Source: Asterionella formosa (Eukaryota). Taken from it: DNA of 42,218 nucleotides. The notes below the pieces were generated by a model. It was not told the DNA's origin and did no database searches. It was given only the letters and a program-made list of their open reading frames with translations. Every line of letters starts with the position of its first letter. The first letter of the stretch is position 1. Both the position numbers and the translations under genes were made by a program. Below, piece after piece: positions 33,180-42,218 of the stretch. The DNA lies in NCBI GenBank assembly GCA_002256025.1, contig NKIB01014599.1:1-42218 (forward strand), in the 5' to 3' direction.

Positions 33180-34478
33180 ATGAGATCGACGACAAGTGCA
33201 AGTCTACTTCTGCTAGCTTTGAGTTGCTATTACGTTACTTCCTTTGTGTACCGTAGCCAACATTTTACCTTCAAGTCCCCATCACTGTTTTCACGTCAAC
33301 TGCACCTTTCAGTGGTTGGAAACGAAGCTATTCGGACGAGGCGCAACATTGAAATTCCTCTTTTAGATCTATCAGACTCTGAATTGGCGGATGAGCTTGT
33401 TGTGCCTCTTCCGTCGTCTCATCTATCTGATAAAATCGCAGGTTCACATCATATCTATGGTGTGATACTTCGACGACCAGCTCACAAGATGATGATTGAC
33501 GAAGCCATTGACAATGGTGGGGTATTTGATTTGGGGACGGGATCCAGCGATCGAGCTTTCGGTTGCATTGTTTCCAAGACCGGGGATGGTCTGTTGGGTG
33601 CTGTTGGGTGCTCAGCAGAAATTATCCTTCGAGCCGCGTTACCAGAGGAACAAGACAAAAGTGATATTGGCCAAGATGCTTTATTGGCTGTATTGTTCAA
33701 AGGATCGTTTCGCTTCGTTGTCAAAAGAATATTAAAGACGTTCCCATATCCAGTTGGAATTGTTGATGAGCTGATTGATGACGCGCCAAGGGACGACGAT
33801 GAAGGATCGGACTTCGCCAGAAGAATTCTTATTTGTTTGAAAAAATTTATTGACCAAAAGCTGTCGGAGCAAGAAAACGAACTCACTCCACTCCAAAAAT
33901 TTATATTGGACGAAAACGGCGTGCAACGTGTTGACCCAACCAAGAAACGGGCGCAAGCGGAAGAAATGGCTGCCATCTTTGATGTATTTCAATCTGCGTT
34001 GATTGATGACTGTCCCCTACCAGTGGATCGATATTATTATATAGGCATGATGGCTGCGGAACTTATCAAAGTTGATAATGATATGCGGTCACAAATGATA
34101 GCCATGACCGATGGTGTGGCTCGATTGCGTTTATTGTGTGAACACATGGAGAATAGAATGGGCATGAACGCCGTCAGCAGCAAAGAAAATATGCAAATTT
34201 CTGATCAGCCAATAGGCGCGCAAGTCAAAGATCTCAAGGTGGGTGAACCTCAGCTACCTCCATGGGCTAATGAAATTACAAAAGGAACCCGACTGGAATA
34301 CTTTTGGAATGAAGAGTGGGGCTGGTGCTCGGGAACTGTGTCGGAACTTCCCATAAAGGTGGTTGATGAAATCATTTTGATGGTGACGTTTGATTCCGAC
34401 GGAGAAACCCATCGATTACCATTAACTGCTGATGACAAGGTGAGGTGGCGACCAGAACAACGCGGATCGTTTGAATAG
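33180..34478 (+). CDS. Probable plastid-targeted protein with a Lon N-terminal-like domain and a C-terminal Tudor/SH3-like domain
   Basis: 432-aa ORF with a signal peptide ending VTS-F. Lon-N-like motifs FGCIV, VGCSAEI, KGSFRFVVKRILKTFPYPVGIVDELID and RLRLL. Aromatic beta-rich C-terminus (GTRLEYFWNEEWGWCSGTV...VTFDSDGE). Confidence 0.75.
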   Translation: MRSTTSASLLLLALSCYYVTSFVYRSQHFTFKSPSLFSRQLHLSVVGNEAIRTRRNIEIPLLDLSDSELADELVVPLPSSHLSDKIAGSHHIYGVILRRPAHKMMIDEAIDNGGVFDLGTGSSDRAFGCIVSKTGDGLLGAVGCSAEIILRAALPEEQDKSDIGQDALLAVLFKGSFRFVVKRILKTFPYPVGIVDELIDDAPRDDDEGSDFARRILICLKKFIDQKLSEQENELTPLQKFILDENGVQRVDPTKKRAQAEEMAAIFDVFQSALIDDCPLPVDRYYYIGMMAAELIKVDNDMRSQMIAMTDGVARLRLLCEHMENRMGMNAVSSKENMQISDQPIGAQVKDLKVGEPQLPPWANEITKGTRLEYFWNEEWGWCSGTVSELPIKVVDEIILMVTFDSDGETHRLPLTADDKVRWRPEQRGSFE

Positions 34479-36141
34479 TAGTGAAATGTTGTGCAGTTTA
34501 TAATCCCTGTTCTAGTCTACCACTACTCTCTATGTAGGATACTTTTGAGCTGTATGAGTGGCAAAAGGAAGTCTACTAGTACCTCCATTGTTGGTATTTT
34601 CCTATAAGAAACTACCTTTTCATGATGAAGCCAATAAGCAAATCTTTGAGCGATGAAACAAGTGCTGACATTATGGTTTCATTGGATGGAGAATGTTTAA
34701 GATCTTTTACACTGGGAGGCTCTAAATTGAGCTGCAAGACTGTTAGCTAGCAAGAGGCTGCTGGTATTTTGGTTGATATGCATTATTATTTAGGTAGTTA
34801 GAGCAACAATCAATTGAGATTGGCATCAAGAACGAAGCAACTCATCATGGCAATGTGTTTGGGTTCCTGATGCAAGCTTCGAGAGCAATCACTGTCATCC
34901 CAGCCTAGTGTATTCATGTACTTACTCTTAATGGAGTACTACAGCAATAGCAATAGAATCAATCACATTGTCCATGGTGAGGACAAGATGATCAATGTCA
35001 ATCTAACAGACATATCCATTGGGGATGATCTCGTTGAGTCATTCTTTGGCTGTAATTTAGATAGGAATGTATTGTTGTTGACCCATTCTCAATATCATGA
35101 GATATATTTTTTGTCTGATTCAAAACTTCATCCAAGTAAGTAGTACAGAACTCATGGTATGCACTGAAACTCTTGCATTTACAAGGAAAGTGCTCAAGAA
35201 ATGCTTACCACAACCAAATTCCATACTTTTAGCTGATTTACAATTTCGAACAATACCCCTCAATTCTCCTTGGAATGAGAATCAGGGGAAATTGAGGATT
35301 TGTATACACTTATACAATCTAAAGATAAAATTTTTCGTGAGTGTCACTGCATCTGCATTTTTTGTACATGCAAAAGTGCTCCATCTGGGAGTTCAATGTA
35401 AGGGTGTGGACTTGCTTCAGCATCTTGACTGCATGTAAGGGAGGAAAATTTTGATTCTATATGCATCTTTCCCTTCTTTCCAAAGGTGGCCTTGAAGGCC
35501 TTCATTGGTGCCTTAGCTCATTGCATAGATGGTATCTTGGCAATGCTTGATTGATACTATGACCGAAATAAATGTTTGGAAACAAAAAAAACGAATGAAA
35601 ATCGATCTGACTACCAGTAAGAAAACTTTGACTTTATACCATCTTGTACACATTATTCCGGTAGTCTACCGGTAGTATTATTTATTGGAAATATTTAGAT
35701 TATGTATATAAATATGATGACATGCGCCACATTCGTGAAGCAGACAAAATTTCCTCACACAGATTCAAATCCTGGCGCGCCCCCAAAAAATCGGACACTC
35801 AGGCAAAAATCATTATGGCGTCAACCCTCCTACCGTGCCATACCCAGTTAAATCTACGTTCACAGACGCGTTTCAAAAATATTTAAAATCGTGAAAAAGT
35901 GAAGGAGAACCTGGAAACGATTGGTTCCATAGGATGCACACCGGGAGTCTATGCTGTACCTGGTATGTCGATCATTATGAGGTATTAGATGAACAGTATC
36001 AGGTATACCTGGCTTAACAAGGTTGGTCCAGGTACCAGGTACCAGGTACCTTGAAATTCACATCACATAAATATGTATACAGGCACACCTGCATAAAAAA
36101 TCTTTATCTCCTCCCTTTAGAAAACGATACAAGCCACCAAC

Positions 36142-36656
36142 ATGTCTGGAAAAGGTGAGTTTATCAGCGCCTACATTGTTGATACAGTAATGAGATGCAC
36201 AATGGAAGAAGTCAACTGATACCTCTATTGTCTCTGTTTTCCAAAGGAAAGGGAAAGGGTGGTCGTGGAGAAAAGAAGGCTTCCACCACTTCGTCGAGCA
36301 AGGCAGGACTTCAGTTCCCAGTCGGTCGTATCGGACGTTACTTGCGTCAAGGCAAGTATGCCACGCGAATGGGTGCTGGAGCTCCTGTCTACCTTGCCGC
36401 TGTCCTTGAGTATCTCTGCGCAGAAATACTCGAGCTGGCTGGAAACGCCGCACGTGACAACAAGAAGAGTCGTATCGTTCCGCGGCATATTACCCTTGCT
36501 GTTAAGAATGATGAAGAACTCAACAAGCTTCTAGGAGGAGTTACCATTGCTTCTGGAGGTGTCCTTCCTAATATTCACGCCGTTCTGCTCCCAAAGAAGG
36601 TTGTGGCCACATCATCTTCACAAGGAAAGTCCAAGAACGCTTCGCAAGACTACTAA
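36142..36656 (+). CDS. H2AX: Histone H2A, H2A.X-type variant
   Basis: Exons 36142-36154 and 36247-36656 give [12 protein letters not shown]...[13 protein letters not shown]...YLAAVLEYL...[15 protein letters not shown]. The protein ends in SQDY. Confidence 0.96.
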
Positions 36657-36989
36657 CGAGGGTTTCATGTCCTTTGTGTGTAGGAAAAGTTTTTGGGTTC
36701 GTACGGGGTGATGAACCAGAATTTCTCGCAAGGAAGCAGGAAGTAAAAAATATTAATGATTGTCTCGATGTATTGTTCAAACTTTCATTTGTCGAGGTTT
36801 CAGACCCTATCAAAATTTTTATCCCTAAGGCAATTACACGCTGTCAGAGTAAAATTTATTCTTTTAGAATATATAAGGTTTATCAACCTTTTCGTAGCAA
36901 GAAAATCAAAAGAGGATCAAGCACTAAATGGCACATCAGCTTGCTGTTGCAAGCTGCATATATCGTACGGCAGAGTTAAAAACCAGAAA

Positions 36990-38105
36990 CTAATGATCCT
37001 TTGGTGGCATGTAGTGAACCCCGCACTTCTCGTTTGCCCAATGATTTCCATTCAGCATAACGTCGACAGTCACCTTGGTTGACTTATTTTGATCGTCTAA
37101 AGGCATTTCGCCAAGTACCTTATACTTCAGATCTGCAAGTCCGTTTGTTTTCCAAGTCTTGTCATGTTCCTCCAATGCTTCCCATTTTACCATGCACTTC
37201 CATTCCTTGTTTTGACGTAAAAAATCGAGTTTTTCTGGCAGAGTCATATCTTCTAGGTCAATCAGAGTTCCCTTTGGAGGCCATTCCCATTTAATACCGA
37301 GATTCTCCAGCCTCTTTTGCATTTCATCATCTTCGCCACCCCATCCCCAGAACGTATTGGGGTATCCATTGATTCGCTTATAATCGCTGGATGAAAACGA
37401 GACGACGCCTCCAAAGTACTTGGGATTGTTGGAATACCGATCCCAAACGCGAGCAATGTGTACAGGTGATTTTGGAAACTTGGCATACCATTCACCCAAA
37501 TCATCTTGTGGTAACAAGTCAACATCATGATAGATGAATACGTCGTGAATATTTTTCTTCCGAGCATAGTCAAATCCAACATTGAGTAGCTTCCCTCTGT
37601 TGAATTTACGACCGTCATCGGACTGTTCCACAATATAAATATGATAACTTGACACAAGATTTTTTTTCAGCAACTTTTTGAAAAACTGATTCATGTGAGG
37701 AATGAATTTCTTTAGATGAGCAGCTCGATGTTGAGCGGCATGCAGGTCTCGATAGGGAACAATAATTGCCACGGAAGTCCTGTCGGTCAGCGACGACGCC
37801 AGATCATCTGTACTTGGCTTTGGCCGTTTGACAGGAGGCTTTTCAGCCACTGCCGCTGAAACAGTTCCTACGAGAATTGTTCCCAAACCCTCACCCGTTT
37901 GGCGCTTTCGCTCTTGTTCCTTGTTGACTGCTGCTCGTTGTTTCGCCTTCAAAGGGTCAGCTACTTCCGAGTTTGTCGGAAAGTGCCATTGCGTGTGTTT
38001 TGTTTCAGCGTGAACATAATAGTAGCGCTTCTGTGAATTGGAAAATCCTTTAGTCCAACCTTTTGGCAACGACAACGGAGCCTCAGATTCATCATTCGTT
38101 GCCAT
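36990..38105 (-). CDS. WW domain plus GT7 (beta-1,4-galactosyltransferase family) protein
   Basis: WW domain LPKGWTKGFSNSQKRYYYVHAETKHTQWHFP. GT7 motifs VAIIVPYRD, FNRGKLLNVGF, HDVDLLP, YFGGV and INGYPNTFWGWGGEDDE. Confidence 0.93.
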   Translation of the reverse strand: MATNDESEAPLSLPKGWTKGFSNSQKRYYYVHAETKHTQWHFPTNSEVADPLKAKQRAAVNKEQERKRQTGEGLGTILVGTVSAAVAEKPPVKRPKPSTDDLASSLTDRTSVAIIVPYRDLHAAQHRAAHLKKFIPHMNQFFKKLLKKNLVSSYHIYIVEQSDDGRKFNRGKLLNVGFDYARKKNIHDVFIYHDVDLLPQDDLGEWYAKFPKSPVHIARVWDRYSNNPKYFGGVVSFSSSDYKRINGYPNTFWGWGGEDDEMQKRLENLGIKWEWPPKGTLIDLEDMTLPEKLDFLRQNKEWKCMVKWEALEEHDKTWKTNGLADLKYKVLGEMPLDDQNKSTKVTVDVMLNGNHWANEKCGVHYMPPKDH

Positions 38106-38801
38106 GTTGATTTATGTATGGAATGAACTCAGCATTTGGTACCTGGTACTGGGTACCGGGTTTACCCTGCCTGGGTGGTCCCGTTACCTGGTATCAGGTT
38201 ACCTGGAACCAGGTACTGGTATACCGGTACGCTGGGCTGCTCGATGTGGACCACCCTCATTGCTTCCCAGCTACCGGTAGAATGTCGTACATACCGGCAT
38301 ACCGGTACCGGTACCGGTAGACATACCGATACATATTTAATCCGGAAATTTGTCTGTTGTCTGGCTACATGCAGGTGGTATGTAGACTGGTGTCGTAGAA
38401 CACGAACGAGCAAGAAGGGTACAAAATGCAAATCTGATGATACTGTGAGTACTTTGCATTTATGTATGTGATAAATATATATTAATAGCTCATTTGAACA
38501 TCGTTCTCACGTACCCTACAGTCCGCCCAACAGACAACGAACAATCATAATACAAGGACATGTAAGTAGAAATGAATGTCCATGAGTCAAGGCCGGTGTG
38601 ATTGTTGCCATAATCACATCTGCCTGTAAGCTCCACTTACCCTTTCATCATTGATGCTTCTATTTCAATTGAAAATCAGAAAACTGACGATAAGAAACCA
38701 AGGCATCTGCAAATTGAAGTGGTCTCAACTTTGAATATTACTTCCTCGCGTTGCAACATTTCCAGCATTAATAACACAAAGGAAACATTCATTGCAGCAG
38801 T

Positions 38802-39644
38802 ATGAACAGACTCCTACATTATCTGGTACTTTTGGCAATTTGCAATGTCGTCCGTTCCGGTGATACTACAAACAATGACGAATTCGAAGAATGGCTGCAA
38901 ACATTTTCTGGACTCGCTCCCTTTCTTGCGGTCTCCCTCTTTGTCATTTTCTCCCTTCATTTGTTACTTTATCCTCAATATGCCTTGCGCTCCCTCATGA
39001 AAGAGTATCTGGAAGCGGGACGTAGTGTTCAAGGACAAGTGCTCTCATGTGAAAATAAACCAGGTACCGGAGGAGAAATCTTTTTCGTGGAAGTGATGTA
39101 CGAATTCTCAGAGCACAAGTTTGCCGACAATCCAAGCATGAAGTTTCGCTTCCCTGGAGCTATTCAAAATAAAAAGTTTTTGCGTAGGTTTGAGTATAGA
39201 AGGGAAGTTGCTCGAGGAGATGTTGTAGAGGTTCTATTGTTGCCAGGCGGATATGCATCGCGTTCTGGGTGTCCCAGGGAAGTGATAGAGACAATCCTTT
39301 CAGATTTTGATGACCGACGGATGAATCTTTTGTGGATTCTTGCACTCATTCTAGTTGGTGTTATAGTCGCACTTTCCGTCAGGGAAGTGCTTCGTATGGG
39401 AAACCCAGGAAATGGATGGATTGCACTAGCGCTCGGCCTTGGTCTCATTGAGGTGGTATCATTCCTTTACTGTGCTGATCAATTCTTGAAGAGCAAACAG
39501 AGGAGGTTTTACTCTGCAAGACCATTTGTTACAGAAAGTGAACGAGTGGTAGCAGAGGTCGTGAATCGACCAATGGATCCATTTAAAATTCCATTGCACG
39601 AATTTTCTGGGCATGCCCGAGCATCGGAGAGAAATATAGTTTGA
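38802..39644 (+). CDS. Hypothetical membrane protein (signal peptide plus about 3 TM segments)
   Basis: 280-aa ORF: signal peptide, one TM, a beta-rich soluble part (GRSVQGQVL...VEVMYEF...GDVVEVLLLPG), then two TM segments. Confidence 0.75.
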   Translation: MNRLLHYLVLLAICNVVRSGDTTNNDEFEEWLQTFSGLAPFLAVSLFVIFSLHLLLYPQYALRSLMKEYLEAGRSVQGQVLSCENKPGTGGEIFFVEVMYEFSEHKFADNPSMKFRFPGAIQNKKFLRRFEYRREVARGDVVEVLLLPGGYASRSGCPREVIETILSDFDDRRMNLLWILALILVGVIVALSVREVLRMGNPGNGWIALALGLGLIEVVSFLYCADQFLKSKQRRFYSARPFVTESERVVAEVVNRPMDPFKIPLHEFSGHARASERNIV

Positions 39645-40509
39645 GGCTGGCTGTGGCTAGTTCCATTCTTTGGAGAAATATTTTCATAGCATGAATGGGG
39701 AATGGGCTTCTCCGAGGTTCCTGCTGTACATAGAATGACAACATAATGCCCATAAGTACTGAGAATTTGTTTACCATGTCTGTTCTTTATTTTGGACCAC
39801 AGTCTATGATACCAGTAGTAGAACATATAATGCAGTTCACTGAAAAGTTCACTTGTGTGAAAACTAGTATCTGGTGGAGTACCATCAAGGTGTGGTAAAT
39901 TTGCTGAAATGGCGATTTGGACATTGCAGATGATACTTAAGCAAATATACTTGCTAGATCGCACAACAGTTATCTTTTAAGTGTGGTATAATCATTTTGA
40001 ATTCCTTTTCTTCTGGGACTAGATTTGGCTTGAACCATTTTAGGGTGAAACTCATTCCCCCAATCTCCAACCTCCCAATCAAAATATAATTGGGGGATTT
40101 TACCAGATAACAAGATTCCATTTTGGTCAGAGGCACAAACAGATACACAGAGCATGTTTACCAACAGCTAATGACTGTACATATGTGATGATAATACATA
40201 AATGATACGTGAAGGATAAAATATAAATGTACATGTATACATTCATGAAGACAAGACATGCCCAAGGTGATCTCTTGCCTGCAAGTACACATGTGTACAA
40301 GAAGGCAAGTAGCTGCCAAGAATGGTATTCCTATTATTGAGGCAAGCAATTCACAAACTACAAGGTACTATCAGGAGGTGCCATAGCGAATATCAATCAA
40401 TGATGACCTATGCATATGGCACAGCAGTATGGCCACAGATTACCAGTTACATTAGATGGTTCAAGCCCAATATAACGTTACCGGTAACCTGTTACGCTCT
40501 TCTACACAG

Positions 40510-40573
40510 GAAGGTCCGGTAATCGAGATAATTAACTTAATCTTAAGTACAAAACGTGTTTTACCAGACCTTC
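40510..40573. mobile_element. MITE family B copy (64 bp), TSD CAG
   Basis: CAG|GAAGGTCCGGTAA...TTACCAGACCTTC|CAG. The 13-bp TIR has one mismatch. Confidence 0.8.
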
Positions 40574-41999
40574 CAGACTACCGGTATGTTTTATATTCTT
40601 GTTCTTACTCTCGCTGTAGATACTTACTACACAAGCAATTGAGACAGTGTACCGGTACATATATATGTACATGTCAACCCCAAGTGAAAGGTGTTCCCAT
40701 TTACATTCTGCACATGATCAACATGGTACCAGGTACCTGGTACCCATATATACTAGTCCACATGCATACATGTACTCGGGACTGATCATGATCAGTACGT
40801 GATTCCATGCAGATAGCTACCTACTAGCGTGTCTCATGTACTAAGTACATATTGCATTATGTATGCGAGGCTGTATGACTCGTCAAAATCATTAGTACAT
40901 ATGTATCTCAAGAGTAGACGTAGCAATGCTCCTAAGCTTAAGGTTCCTGCATTTGAACCCCTAGCTCGAGGTAGGGGTAAAATAATAATATTTAGTCAGA
41001 ATATTCAAACACACACTTCTTGCGAATAAATTATAAATGTATATCGCTAAACAGAGCTTTCACCAATAGACACTCTTTCCATATGCTTAGATACAGTCAT
41101 TGATCAAAGTAAGGGTATAGATCAACTCTATATAACATCAGTATGATATAGAATCTGGTCAGAAACTGCAGAAAGGACCTTTTTCGCGCCGAAATTTAAC
41201 TTCTGGGGGTATGTGAAGATTACCTAGTATGTACTTAACTCTTCTTCAAACCCTGCCAACATTGAGCTATTGTTGTCCAAAAATTTGACAAAATAAGGGC
41301 GCCCCGAAGCCAAAGTTGGCAAAAGTAAGAAAAGTTGGCAAAAGAAAGCAAATCTTGCTTACATTGCTTTATTCTCTCCAAACTCAAAATTGTTCTCCTT
41401 TTCCAACCAAAGTGATGAAAACAACCAATAATGAACGGTTCTATAACAATTAGGATTTGAAATATTTGCTTGCTAGTGTCATCATATGTAACAACTACCA
41501 GTAGTCATACCCAATATAACTATTATACAATTCCACCATATGAATGCTGGTGGCTGGAATCATGCTGGTGGTGCTCAGGGTACCATGGTAACCAAGGTAG
41601 CACTCGTAAGCACTTGTATATAATTATTCGATTCTTTTCTAAAGATAATATATTTACCAGTATAGCACTACGGAGTCACTGTGTACTGGTAGTGGTCATG
41701 AGCAAGTGGAGTATGCATGGTGCATCATGTCATCTCAGCCTTGACCATGACGAAATCAATACATATCTTCATGGAAAATGAGAATGACGCTTTGCTATTG
41801 GGTACATATATTGAGCACGATGTAGAAAATACGATCGTAAAAGAATAGTTGTGATAACTCTAATGTTGATAACGAAAATTGAAATATCCGATAGCGCATT
41901 TTTTAATGATTATTTTATAGCTTCACAGTTCAAAATGCTGATACTACTATCAGCAGATTTGACACTTTCACAGTACATCTAAGACGCGAAATACGCCAC

Positions 42000-42218
42000 T
42001 TTTCGAAATTTCGTCTACGTATGAGTGTTAATTATGTGGTACTTCACATGCATTAATGCCACTCTTCACGTAAAAAAGATTACTTTTAACGGTTTCATGT
42101 GAAGTTTTAACTGTTTCATGTGAAGTTTTCACAATGAATTTTGAACGCGAGACTGAATTAGTTGATGTTTCAAATAATTCATTTGACTTTTCGAAATTTC
42201 GTTTACGTACGAGTGTTA
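42000..42218. repeat. Clustered short direct repeats at the window edge
   Basis: TTTTCGAAATTTCGT.TACGTA.GAGTGTTA occurs at about 42000-42030 and 42189-42218. GTTTCATGTGAAGTTTT occurs at 42092-42108 and 42113-42129. Confidence 0.7.

Noticed and set aside
33482..33976. Long antisense ORFs overlapping genes (also 11454-11966 and 12444-12857 in alternate frames)
   Set aside because: These are shadow ORFs of well-supported genes and have no independent motifs.
10022..38105. Glycosylation/Golgi gene cluster (COPB2, SLC35A, RgpF-like, GT7)
   Set aside because: The genes are far apart and interspersed with unrelated genes, so chance co-occurrence is sufficient.

Overview
This is eukaryotic nuclear DNA, most likely from a diatom or other ochrophyte. 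That inference rests on short GT-AG introns, bipartite signal + 'AF/SF' plastid-targeting N-termini and stramenopile-type Harbinger proteins. About 14 protein-coding genes can be supported: a mitochondrial carrier, beta'-COP, a nucleotide-sugar transporter, methylmalonate-semialdehyde dehydrogenase, a TLDc protein, an SMCO4-like protein, an RgpF-like protein, a Lon-N domain protein, histone H2A.X, a WW-GT7 fusion and several hypotheticals. They are separated by AT-rich tracts of decayed mobile DNA. Four things stand out. (1) A 236-bp tRNA-derived SINE with a perfect 16-bp target-site duplication. (2) Arrays of the palindrome TACCWGGTA/GGTACC/TACCGGTA lying upstream of nearly every gene and not between convergent 3' ends. 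(3) Two families of tiny TIR elements (about 65 and 100 bp) with CWG target duplications, most sitting in these arrays, plus a decayed two-gene PIF/Harbinger element. (4) A GT7 galactosyltransferase-family protein with an N-terminal WW domain and a basic NLS-like patch in place of a Golgi anchor. All calls are by eye; no database searches were run.
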